A stretch of 64,000 nucleotides of DNA, taken from the NCBI GenBank assembly GCA_002104905.1, contig MCFE01000498.1, positions 2,258 to 66,257 on the forward strand, given 5' to 3'. Positions 52,279-63,800 of this stretch are shown here, in pieces. Below the pieces are notes generated by a model. The model made no database searches. It saw only the letters and a program-made list of their open reading frames with translations, and was not told the DNA's origin. The position numbers and the translations under genes are program-made. Source of the stretch: Basidiobolus meristosporus CBS 931.73 (lineage: Eukaryota; Fungi; Basidiobolomycota). Each line of letters starts with the position of its first letter. Position 1 is the stretch's first letter.

Positions 52279-52887
52279 TGTTGTAAAAATTTGCAATTCC
52301 ACCTAAATACTCACCTAACTTAGTCACTTAGATCATTACCCTCAAATCCTAGAGAATACTGACCAAATTCCTTGTTGGGATTTACTTGGAATATTTTCAC
52401 CAAAATACCAGGTACCCAGAACATGAAAATTCTCAAAGTTGGCCAAATAGCCACAAGCTTTGCACACATGTTCTTGAGACCTTCCTCAATCTTTTCTATG
52501 TGTTTGTAATGCCAAGACCAGGTAAAAGTATAAATACTACTTTTACATTCAATAAATCATTAAGTGAAAAACACATAATCTACTTGTCCACCCAATCACT
52601 TCCAATATCTCCAAGACTCTTACAACAGGTTATGAGCCCCAAGCTGTCACTCTCTGCAATGTCTAATATTGCTATTACTGGAATTTTCCCCTCTGCTGAA
52701 AAGTTGGATGGATCTAACTACCAAGTGTGGAAGTTGAAGATGAAGATGCTGCTACAAGAAAGAGGCATTTGGGATATTGTCATGGGAGAAGAATGCCCTC
52801 CTAAAAACATGGGAGAGAAAGCCTTAAAGTACCAGAAGAAAGAACAAAGTGCCTTTAACTGCATTTGCCTTAATGTTAAGGACAATT
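52279..52887 (+). mobile_element. Truncated Ty1/Copia (half-tRNA-primed type): 5' LTR 52279-52627, PBS 52628-52639, gag fragment from 52659
   Basis: LTR TGTTGTAA...TTACAACA; PBS GGTTATGAGCCC is complementary to the anticodon arm of initiator tRNA-Met, as in Ty5/copia; gag N-terminus EKLDGSNYQVWKLKMKMLLQERGIWDIV; cut off by TTAGGGTTAGGG at 52888. Confidence 0.9.
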
Positions 52888-53234
52888 TTAGGGTTAGGGG
52901 GGATGATAATGACCACAGGGTGAAATCTTTATTTAAATTGTAAATAAAGAAGCCAAGTTTCAATATGAATATCTGAGATGCAGTTAGCCTATATGATAAA
53001 CCTGGACTTTGCTGTATCCCAAATATCCTCAATATCAAAGTTTAGAAGAGAATGTAGCAAAACTGCTTGTTCACTGTAGTATTTCTTGAGGAAGTTTGCA
53101 ACTTGAAGGGAAGGAGAGTTTTTCAACAAGCTGGTAAACCTTTTGAGGAGTTCTTTTTCCAGAGAGAATGGTACAAAGAGTGGAATGTCTAAATGATGTC
53201 TGAATATATGCTCTGAGAGCTCCCAATCCAGCAC
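52888..53234 (-). mobile_element. Telomeric element family C: ORF1-like C-terminus directly followed by the shared 3' module (no RT)
   Basis: ORF 52989..53234 is open to the junction and similar to the ORF1 C-terminus at 63672-63857; ~90-nt 3' UTR with AATAAA, hairpin and CCCTAACCCTAA. Confidence 0.7.
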
Positions 53235-53310
53235 TTAGGGGGGAGACAGTCACCAACAGGTGAAATCTTTATTTCAGTTGAAACAAAGAAGCCAGTGCTA
53301 CTGTTGTAGC
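53235..53310 (-). mobile_element. ~75-bp 3' stub of family A
   Basis: TTAGGG + gagacagtcaccaacaggtgaaatctttatttcagttgaaacaaagaagccagtgctactgttgtagc, near-identical to 60841-60915. Confidence 0.9.
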
Positions 53311-53311
53311 A

Positions 53312-55320
53312 TTAGGGGAGGGAAAGTCACCAAGTGGGTGAAATCTTTATTTGGGTTAAGAACTAATTCAAGTACAAATAAAGAAGCCAATTAAGAGGTC
53401 TAGAACCTCTCTAATAAGTAATCTAATTTATGTTTTGTTTCATCTCTAATGTTTGTTTCAATAAAGTAAAGCTCATCAGGGGTAAATATAAAATTCAGGG
53501 GTTTTGGGGGAAGTACAAATTGTAGATGTTTCTGATCGATATAATCCAAGACTGGAACCCAGCCTGGGATTAGGTGTAGTAGGAAAGGTGTGTGGACTTG
53601 TAAGTAGCTCTGCCACGTAGATCTTAGATGGTCCTGAGCCAGTAGTCTTGGATTCTCAGCTTTTTGAAGTTTTGAAGCAAGCTCTGTTACTACAGCAGAG
53701 CCAACCAGGGTGTGCCAGCAAGAAGATTTCAGGGAGGAGTTAGATTGAAGCCATTGTTTGATGGAGGGGTTATGTGATATCTGAAGCTTGACTAGGAAGG
53801 AAGCACAGAGATAGATCATTTGGATTTGGTATGGGTAGAACCCAAAGGCTCCATTAGTTGCATGGATATAGGGAGATACTGGAAGATAAGGTACCAGGGA
53901 TCTGATACACTGATGGAGAAATTTATCCAGGCGGTGAAGCTCTCTGGAGGTTAGGAGTATAATGTGGAGACCAAATTCAAGTACCGGCAGTACATACTGC
54001 TTCAGAAGTATAGGGAACTTTTGAATTGGAGTGTCTGGAGGGACTACTACCAGAAGCTTTTTGAGAGCCTGTTGGGCAAGACTGATCCAATTATTCAGGT
54101 GGAGCTTTGAGTCAATCCCATGTTGACAAAACGGCAGACCTAGATATATTGCAGTTTGTTGTGGCAGAATGCTAGTGTGCTGTATAGTTGTAGTGCACCT
54201 AATTGGGACTGTCTTGGAAATTGAGAGTGAGAGGTTGCTGGCAGCCAAGTACTTCTCAATGATGGCAGTGTCTGCTATGGGATTAGGAGTAGCAATCTTG
54301 ATATCATCCGCATACAGAGTTAGTAGTGGATAGGGAGAGTCTGGTGAGGGGCCTTTTGGAAATAAAGGAAAGTCATGTAGCAATATCACAAATAGTAAGG
54401 GACCTAGTACAGATCCTTGGACTACTCCATTTAGAACCTCATAAGTCTCTGATGTACAGCTTGGATGCAAAATTTTGGCTGAGTTCTAACAAAATAGAGA
54501 ACGTACAAGAAGGGTCATTGGTAGTGTGGTAACTGCTAATAGCTTTCTCCAAAGCAGAGCTCTGTCCACAGAGTCAAAGGCTTTAGTAATGTCAAACAGA
54601 ATGGTTGGCAATGAGAATTGAAGTGAATGATCATGGCTTAGCACTACAGCCATATCCAAGGAGAGTTTGGGCAAGAAGCCAAACTGAGAAGGATGGAATG
54701 GATATAGTTGAGATTGCAAGGATCTTGCTATTCTAAGCTCAAAGATTTTCCAGCAGGTTGGTAGGAGTGAAACTGGCCAGTAAGAACCTGGGAGTGAGTG
54801 TTTCCCCTTCCCTTTGTATAAGGGTATTACATTTGCCTGTGACCAGGCCTTTGGGGTAGTCAATTGTTGGGCACAGATAGAGTAGAATGGGAGAAGTAAG
54901 TGACTCATTTTGGAGTAGCACACCCAGAGTAGATTGTAGGTAATCAAGTCATGTCCAGGTGCAGTATTTGCAGGAAGCTTCTTTAAAATTTTCTCCAGAA
55001 GCTTTGCTGAAACCAAAACTGGAGATGTTGGACTGCTGGATATGTTACCAGTATGGTAGAAAGGAGGAGTGGGATGCACGGATGAATCAAAGAATATAGG
55101 GGCCAGTTTGTCTGGTGATGGTATACTCCTTGCTTGGGGTCTCATGGCTTTGTATACTCTTGATATGGACCTTGTGGTGGCATTCATATTGACTAAGGGC
55201 AAGGTATCCATGATATGAGCCCATAATCTAGTATGCTCAGTGATCTGTAGTGACTTGGAGTAGGAGATTGCGCTTTCCAGGAGGTTCTGTGTTTTTGGGT
55301 TAGGGAAACATAGGTAGCTG
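53312..55320 (-). mobile_element. Telomeric non-LTR element family B, 5'-truncated; RT with one in-frame TAG (54486-54488)
   Basis: ORFs 54486..55397 and 53400..54470 are in the same frame: APGHDLI, QFGF, DITKAFDSV, GVVQGSVLGPLLF, YADD. Clearly homologous to, but diverged from, family A. Confidence 0.9.
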
Positions 55321-55322
55321 GA

Positions 55323-55502
55323 ATAGGGTGTAGGTGTTATAGTAAGGGCTAGGAAAAGGTTAGAAGAGCAGGGGGTTTGGGGGATGCAATCCCCCACACT
55401 GCTCCCATACTCTTTAAATTCCCGTTGGATTACTTTTCTCTCATTCTTGGTTCTGGTCCCTTAGGGTTAGAATTCCTCCTTCTAACACTTATCACCCTAA
55501 CC
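55323..55502. repeat. Degenerate interstitial telomere-like motifs
   Basis: tagggtgtaggtg...taagggctagg...ggttag right after B homology ends; TTAGGGTTAG at 55461-55470 facing CCCTAACC at 55495-55502. Confidence 0.4.
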
Positions 55503-55912
55503 ATAAATATTTTTACCCCACAATTGGCACATTGTTTGCTCATATAGTGGGCATGTCTGGGCCAATATTTGTCTCCCTATACTGTCCATATGCTCTGTAT
55601 AAGTCTTGATGACTATTTAATTAATAAATTGTTATTTTTAATGTATATCTAATAATCAATGGGATTCATCCCAATCTGACCACAATCCCATATTTTGATA
55701 AGCTTTGGGCACCATAAATTGTGCGGCCCTAATATGATAAAAAAATTCATGGCCAATACAAATTTTGTGTAACCCAATTGCTTTTACCAAATATAAAGTG
55801 TATCCCAAAGTTCAATATATATTATGGCTATAATAGAAACTTTATTTGACACCATTGCAACTACTACTTATATTCTATGTGCACATGTATCCTGTGGGAA
55901 TTGTAAAACTTA

Positions 55913-56623
55913 GCCACGTGGTACAAAAGTGCTTTTATTTTTCATCATGATAGTTTGACATGAGTTCCTAACGCACTTTGAAAGTACGCAGTAGCCATAC
56001 CCCAACAGGTTTTAAGGATGTCCACTAGCTACGTCTACTTGTGTCTAGCAGGAGCCATCAATCATCAGCCGCGCAATACTGAAATGCTTTTATTTTTCAT
56101 CATGCTAGTTTTGTATGAATCCCTAACGCACTTTCATAGTGCGCAGTAACCATACCCCAACAGGTTTTAAGGATACCCACTTGCTACGTTTACTTGTGTC
56201 TAGCGGGAGTTATCAATCATCAGCCACGTGGTAATAAAGTGCTTTTATTTTCATCATGCTAGTTTTGTATGAATCCCTAACGCACTTTCATAGTGCGCGG
56301 TAACCATACCCCAACAGGTTTTAAGGATACCCACTTGCTACGTTTACTTGTGTCTAGCAGGAGTTATCAATCATCAGCTGCGCGGTAATAAAGTGCTTTT
56401 ATTTTTCATCATGATAGTTTTACATGAGTCCTTAATGCACTTTCATAGTGCGCAGTAACCATACCCCAACAGGTTTTAAGGATACCCACTTGCTACATTT
56501 ACTTGTGTCTAGCGGGAATCATCAATCATCAGCCGTGCGGTAATAAAGTGCTTTTATTTTTCATCATGATAGTTTTACATGAGTCCCTAACGCACTTTTA
56601 TAGTGCGTGGTAACCATACCCCC
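55913..56623. repeat. ~155-bp subtelomeric tandem repeat, ~4.6 copies
   Basis: gcttttattt marker at 55931, 56086, 56241, 56395 and 56550. Confidence 0.92.
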
Positions 56624-57063
56624 AGAAAGTAGTGTGGATGCTTACTTTAAACCCTCACTTGTGTATTGTACGGACTATCAACAAACAGCCGTGTGGGAAT
56701 GGAACATCATAGAAAAGCATTGCTTTGTTGTTAGCAAGTATTGATGCGCAAATAGTGGTACTATGTGAATTATTGAGTAACTATTTACTCTAGTTGGTTC
56801 CAAGATATTCCTAGACAATATGCTCAAAATCAATATTAGCATCAATAGCTTGCTCTTTGATCACTAAACCACCGCACCCAATATGCGGTGGCCTTGGTTT
56901 TGTCTAGCCGTTGAGGAATGAAACCAGAGTACAGTCACAAGAGAGGCACAAGTGAAATGTGATGAAGTAAGTGTATATGAAAGTAATATAAATCTACAGG
57001 ACAGAAGAGAACAACTAGTAGTTAAACAGCACTCACTGACACTCCACCAAGTAGAGCACCAAC

Positions 57064-57543
57064 ATGGACAATAAACAAGTCATGAGGGGAAAGCTTAAGG
57101 ACCGCTACTTGGGGATCAAGACCAAAAGAGGAAGCTGCCTCTACCATAGCAGTCCTCACGCTCCAAAGGAAGACCAAGAGTCTATTATAGACAAAGATTG
57201 CGGCAAGAAGAGCAGTACAATTACCAGTTCTGGTAGTGGTACCTTTGGAAGTCCCAAATACCTGGAGAAAACTCGGAAAAAATTGGCAGATGACTCAGTT
57301 GTCCTGAGGAGAAAACAAGCCAATGCGATTGAGCAGTTCCAAAACAAAGTTCAGCTTAGTTCTTCTTTGCCTCACTACAAAGTACTCCAAGTGGCTTATT
57401 TGGATTATAAGCGTATGAAGGAGAATCAGGCAGAGACTGATAAGTTAAGTGATAGTAAATTGCATCACTTCTTAGATCAGGTCGAGAAACAGTTGCACAG
57501 CCAAGAGATGGAACAAGAATTGACAATTACAGAAACCAAATAA
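57064..57543 (+). CDS. Hypothetical 159-aa ORF in the subtelomeric block
   Basis: ATG-initiated, charged and helical-looking; no recognised domain. Confidence 0.3.
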   Translation: MDNKQVMRGKLKDRYLGIKTKRGSCLYHSSPHAPKEDQESIIDKDCGKKSSTITSSGSGTFGSPKYLEKTRKKLADDSVVLRRKQANAIEQFQNKVQLSSSLPHYKVLQVAYLDYKRMKENQAETDKLSDSKLHHFLDQVEKQLHSQEMEQELTITETK

Positions 57544-58752
57544 TTTTGCCAATGTAGTTTTGCATTTTAATAAAATAAAAGGGTGCTGATAAGAACAGAA
57601 TAAAGTAAACTTATGTGTACATCAAATGATTCAAATACTGGCTAGATGGATGTTACATAGAAGCAAGAAGCTCAGTAACCTCAAAGGAAAGATATGATGA
57701 ATGGGCCACCAACATCATCCAAATGAGTATAAAAGTGGAGAAAGGAGACATAATCCTTCATAAAAAACAAGAAGCATGGAAGCAGGCAGTAGCCGGGTAG
57801 ATGCCAGGAGTGAAGGTAGAGTACAAAGAGAGCAAGGAAGGGGACAAGGACGCGGAAGAGGACGCGGAACCGGGTGCGGAAGAGGAAGAGGGCAAGGAAG
57901 TGGCCAAATCCAAGAGGAGCGTGAAGGAGGTGTTGCAGCAAACGTGGATGATGCTGAGCAAGCTGCTGTAGTCACTACCAGGCGGCCGGTCAACCAAGTT
58001 TCCCAAGCATTGTCAGAGGTTTGACAAGAGCTTCTGGAATATAGGACAACATTGCACCATGAGATATTGCGACGTATGTGCCAGGAGATTAAACAAAGGA
58101 GGGGTGATATTGTAAAGCTAAATTGGGATATTGCTGGACTTCAAGCCCAGATTGATTTCAGTTTCCACCATTCTACTGAGGCATTAGTGGCATAAATGGT
58201 AAAAACGTTTGCCCGCATCAGGGCAAGCAATAAGCAGGGTGCATCTTCCAACCCAGGTGTACTTGCAAGCGACAGTATTGGAGGGGATACTACTTCCTCC
58301 CTCAAACCTACCACAAGCCAAGAGACAAGAGCAGAATCCTCCACAACAATGAGAATGGCCCCCACGCAGGTTGATATGGAAGTGTGCAAAGAAGACGTGG
58401 AGAAGCAGAGTGGGGATACTATAGGCCAACCAGAAACTGTAATGGAGGCGGAGAGACCAAGTCATATTGTCATCTTAAAAATACCACAGGTTGATTCATT
58501 GCTATCACTTCCCCCATCATCACTATCTGTGCCCCCATCACCACCGCCATCCTCTGGCTAACTTGAGTAAATAAAGAATTTCCACCATCCCAAATCAATG
58601 AATTGACAAGTAATAAGTTGAACTGATAAGATTGACGATTTACAGACTTATATATGTGAAGTATGTAGTACTTAAGAGCTTTCAAGTTGTGGTGTATTAT
58701 CAAGTATTCACCGTCACATAAATCACGCAGCAGTTGTTGTATCCCTATCCCA

Positions 58753-60584
58753 ATGGCATTAGAAGCCAGCAGTTACAAGGAGCATTGGAAAAATTTTGGC
58801 GTTTACCTGGCAACAGTGGCAGGTGTAACAAAACGCAGCTATTGCTCAATGACCATTACCCCATCTATGAGATACTTGCTATTATATGGAGGGTATTCTG
58901 TTGAGCACTTTCAAGACAGCAAAATATCCCCACCTTATGATGAGCGTATAGCTGAAGAAACATCCAGCTGTGGAATACTCTATGAGCCCAGTTCAAAGGT
59001 TCAAATGATTCACCTTGCAGATCTACATGGTGATGAAGACATCACAGTGACAGTTCTCCCAACTCCAGACAACATATCAACTACAGAGGCAGCCAAAGGG
59101 GTGATTTTAATTGGCAACAGCTGTGCTAGTGACCACAAGAATCTCTACATATATGGTGGTTTTGAGCTGAGCCGTAGAGAATACTCAGGGCAACATGGAA
59201 GTGCCAAAAAATGGGGGAAAAAAGCAATACAAAGCAAGAGTGGGGAGACAATCAATAGAAGACTGAGCAAGCTGGAGGTAATCACGTACAAAGATGGCAA
59301 TGGATGCTCCAGAGTATTGGAGACAAGGCCATTCTTGAATAATCCGGCAAATATGCCTTCAGCAAGAGGTTGGGCAGTTCTTACGTATGCATTTGATTGT
59401 TTATTCTTGCTGGGCGGCTATCCTACACCATTGGAACCACCTTATACCCAACCAAATGGGAGTTTTTTAAACAAGTTCTACTGTTTAAAATTGCAAACTG
59501 GTGATTGGCAAAGATGATATGTACACTCAGCAATACAGGAGCTTGGAGAAAACTTTATTGCTGTGGTAAACAAGTATGGCAACAAAATCCAATACATCAA
59601 CAATGCAAATGTTACATTCACCTATGATGTCAATAATCAGATCTAGATTTACCCTCCCAATCCAAGTCCGGAAGAAATGAGTACAAAGCAGCTACTAGGG
59701 CGCCTTCTTAATGAATTGGCAGCAATCTCTCAGCGGCACAAGAGGGAAGGCGAAGGAAGTGCTGAGACTGCAAATATCTTGCGGCATAGTGCCCATGGTC
59801 TTACTGTCCCACTTAAGAACCATCAAGCATTTGGCATACAATGGCTGATGTATACAGAGGCCATCCATAAAGGAGCATTGCTTGCCAATTCCATGGGACT
59901 TGGAAAGACATTGCAGATATTAAGTCTCATATTGGAGACACCTGAGCAAAGGCCAAATCTTATTGTTGTCACGCTTGGAATACTTCTCAATTGGGTGATG
60001 GAGATAAAGACAAAAACAAGGATATCCAATGAAGAGCTTCACGTATTTCATGGAAAATTCCAAGCTATCAAGTAGTCAGATATGGAGACTAAGAGGATCG
60101 TGCTCACCACCTACCACACACTATGTGTTGAAGCAAGGAACCCTGATTTGCCTATATGGAATGTGAAATTTGGCCAAATAGTGGCCAATGAGGCAGATAC
60201 ACTTAAGAACTACAAAGGTGGTAGCTTAAATGCAGTGAGTAAAATTGATGGAGAATCCTTGATACTTGTCACTGCCACCCCATTCCAAAATGAGATTATG
60301 GATCTTTATTCATATTTCACATTATTCAATCTATGGGAAGGCATTCCAAAGGATTTCCATTGACTCCTACTTGAGGAGGCCAATGCAAACGGGCTAGTTG
60401 AATGGGTTGTAGAAAGACTTGGCCCATTAATATTGAGACGCATTCCAGAGTCGCAAATACTTGGAGAACGCGCAGTATCCATGCCTAGTATTCAAGAGCA
60501 GATTGTCTTGTGCCAATTCTTGCCGGAGGAGCTGCAGGAGTACAAACAACTGCAGTCAAGTCTTCCAGAGGAAGTCGGTTGGAT
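58753..60584 (+). pseudogene. Intronless kelch-repeat + SNF2-family ATPase gene, decayed and 3'-truncated
   Basis: One reading frame broken by stops at 59515, 59644, 60073 and 60361. Kelch-like LLLYGG, LYIYGG, PSARGWAVLTYAFDCLFLLGG; SNF2 motifs HQAFGIQWL, LANSMGLGKT, IVLTTY, VANEAD, TATPFQNEIMDLYS, LGPLILRR. Cut by GGGTTAGGG at 60585. Confidence 0.85.
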
Positions 60585-60840
60585 GGGTTAGGGGGAGACA
60601 GTCACCAAAAGGTGAAATCTTTATTTCAGTTGAAACAAAGAAGCCAGCGCTACTGTTGTAGCTTTGATACAAGAGTGTGTAGCTGAGGGGAATTTGTAGG
60701 TAAGTTAATAAGAAGTGATGATAGTTCTTCAGTGCTCAAGACACTGTTCAGTGGGAAGGGGTAGCAAGAGAGGTAAGAATGACTTGTGAACAACATTAAT
60801 GAGGGAATGTGATAAGGATTGATATTCATCATAAAGGGAG
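60585..60840 (-). mobile_element. ~250-bp 3' stub of family A
   Basis: Near-duplicate of 60841-61095 beginning GGGTTAGGG. Its C-terminal frame (...SSLLINLPTNSPQLHTLVSKLQQ*) matches family B's C-terminal length better than the long copy does. Confidence 0.9.
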
Positions 60841-63800
60841 TAGGGGGAGACAGTCACCAACAGGTGAAATCTTTATTTCAGTTGAAACAAAGAAGCCAGC
60901 GCTACTGTTGTAGCTTTGATACCAGAGTGTGTAGCTGAGGGAATTTGTAGGTAAGTTAATAAGAGTGATGATAGTTCTTCAGTGCTCAAGACACTGTTCA
61001 GTGGGAAGGGGGGTAGCAAGAGAGGTAAGAATGACTTGTGAACAACATTAATGAGGGGAATGTGATAAGGATTAATATTCATCACAAAGGGAGTGTGCTG
61101 CTGCAGATATTGCTGCCAAAGGTCTGTCAAGTACTTCAGGTAGGCCAGCTTGGGTTTTTCTGACTGCAGAATAAATTCAGCAAACTTCTTGACTTCAGGA
61201 TCTCCAAGTATAGTTCTCCAGCAGGAGCCAGGTGTTGTGTGGTGTGTTCTCTTCCAGGCCTTAATCAGTGGGTTGTTGCAGTTGTGAAGTCTGAGGTATA
61301 ATCTGGTTCTAAGGTAGAGAAGTCTGATCTTATAGGGCATAAACCCAAAAGCACCAAGAATAGCATGTCTGTAGGGGCATTCAGGCAAATGAGGCACCAA
61401 GGAGGTAATGCACCATACTGCAAACTTGTCAAGCTTAGTGCAGTCTCTAGAAGTAAGAGAGAGAAGTGGTAAGCCAAATTCCAGGACAGGGAAGACAAAC
61501 TGCTTGAGTAGAAGGAGGCAGCTGGGAGCTGAAGTTGTAGGAGGAGTAACAGCCAGTAGCTTGTGGAGTGCCTGTCTTGCCAGGAGAATTCTCTTCTTCA
61601 GGTGTGATCCAGAGTCTAGTCCAGTAGGAAGGAAAGGAAAGCCAAGATATGTAGCAGAAACCTGAGCAGGTAGAGTGGAGTTCTCCAAGTTGATGGGAGA
61701 GCCCAAAGGTACTGTCTTTGCAATGGAAAGCTGGAGATTATTCTTCTGCAGATACTGGTGGATGGTCTGGGAGTCTTGTTGCACATTGGAGGAGGATATT
61801 CTGATGTCATCAGCAAAGAGAGTAACCAGGCAGTCAGCTGAGAGTCTTGGGAAATCATTCATGAAGATGGCAAACAGTATAGGACCAAGCACAGAGCCTT
61901 GAACCACTCCATTAGGAACTGAGAACACAGCTGATTGCTCACTTGGGTGCAGAATTCTTGCTTGTGGATCCAGAAACAGAGACCTGACAAGGAGAGTGAG
62001 AGAGGTACTGGAGAAGCATTGCAACTTGGACCAAAGCAGATTTCTGTCAACTGAATCAAAGGCCTTAGTAATATCAAACAGAACAGAGGGATACTTGCAC
62101 TGGAGAGAGTGATCTTGGCTAAGTATGACTGCATATTCCAAGGAGAGGCCAGGAACAAAGCCAAACTGTGCAGGATGAAACTTGAGGGAGTCAGAGTAGA
62201 GCTCCTGAGCTAGCAGAAGCTCAAACACCTTTCTGCAGGTGGGCAGCAGAGATATTGGCCTGTAGGAGCTAGGATCCAGGTGCTTTCCTTTACCCTTGTA
62301 CAGTGGCAGAACATTTGCAAAGGACCATTCCTCAGGAGTAGAAAGCTGGGCTGAGCATTGCTGAAACAGTAGAAGCAGAAGTGCAGACATGGCCTTGGTA
62401 CTAGTCTTCAGAAGCTCATAGGAGATTGTGTCCACACCTGGGGCAGTAGAGTTGGGAAGCCTCTTGAGCACATTATGGATTCTCCTTTGATCAAGTGCAA
62501 GTGGGATGGGCAGAGTCTTGAAGTCAGGATGAAAGCCAGGAGTTGAGTACTGCTTTGTAGAGAAGAAGATGTTAGCCAGCTGTTCTGTTGAAGGTAACTT
62601 CCTGGAAGAGGGCCTCATTGCCCTGTAGAGTCTTGATACTGTTCTTGTTATAGAGTTGGAAGATTGCAGAGGCAAAGAACTCATAATATGATCCCAGAGC
62701 TGAGTATGCAGAGTGTGGTGAATTGCCTTGGAGTGGTGTATGGCTGTCAGAAGGAGTTTCTCTGTTTTTGGGTTAGGGAAACTCAGGTAGCTTTGTTGCA
62801 GGGCTGAAACAATGGATTCCCATTTTTTTGAGGTAACAGCAGTAGTCTTGCATGGCAGTGAGAGGGAGGCAGACACCAGAATCAGATGCTTCACAAAGAG
62901 CCAGGCAAAGTTGAGATCATCTGGCAGAGAAAGTAGCAAACTGGCAAGCTTCAAGTAGTTCCCAAAGTCTTTCTTCTGATTCTTGGTAGCTTTGTGGGTG
63001 AGCACAGTAAGTTTTGGCAGCTTCTTCTTCACAACTGGTTGCATAGAAAGGGACCAGGCTGGGTGGTCAGAGGCTCTCAAGGATCCTAGCTCAGCTCCAG
63101 AGAATTGCTTAACTTCATTCACAAAGTAGAGGGCAGCAGCAGAAGGGCAGATCCAGTCAACACATCTTTTCTCAGATTGAGCACCTAGTGCTAGCAGGTG
63201 GCTTTCTCTCAGGAAGTTCAGTAGGAATGTAGACCTTGGCTTCATTCTTGCAGTCAGAGTAGTCTTGTTCTCAGGATGGGGAATGTTGAGATCTCCAAGC
63301 AAGATAACAGGTGTTGATATAGATTGTTGGTATTGCTGAACCTTCTGGCATATAATTTGCACTTCCTGAAGGGCTAGACTTGGAGGCAGATAGCAGAGCA
63401 CCAGACTGATAGTTGGCAACTGGAGAGCAGCACAGTCAGGGGAGTAAAGAGGAACACAGAGCTGAGGAGTATTGATGGTAGAAGAGATGAAGCAGATAGA
63501 GGAGGTATTCTTTGTTCTAGGAGTAGAAAAGCAATATAGATTAGTCAAAAGTATAGAGGGTAGCTGGACATCAATCAAACACAGGAGGGAAAATCTTGAA
63601 AGAAGTCTCTCTAGAGTTGGTCTTGATGGCTGTATGCTGTTGCAGTTAAGCAACAGAACTTCAGGTAGTCAGGCAGAGGTTGTAGCTTCTTCAGAGGCAG
63701 CATTAACAATGTGACCTGCAGAGTCCCAGAGCTCTTCAAATGGTGCATCACTTAAGTCAGCAAGGAGGGAAATGGCATGGTTCTTGAGGAAGTATGCCAC

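Noticed and set aside
59677-60584. RecQ-type telomere-linked helicase
   Set aside because: Motifs (MGLGKT, TTY, TATP.QN...DL, LRR) are SNF2-family, not RecQ.
62768-62778. Internal GGGTTAGGG as another insertion junction (also at ~55298)
   Set aside because: It encodes the conserved FPNP peptide in both A and B and is not followed by the 3' module.
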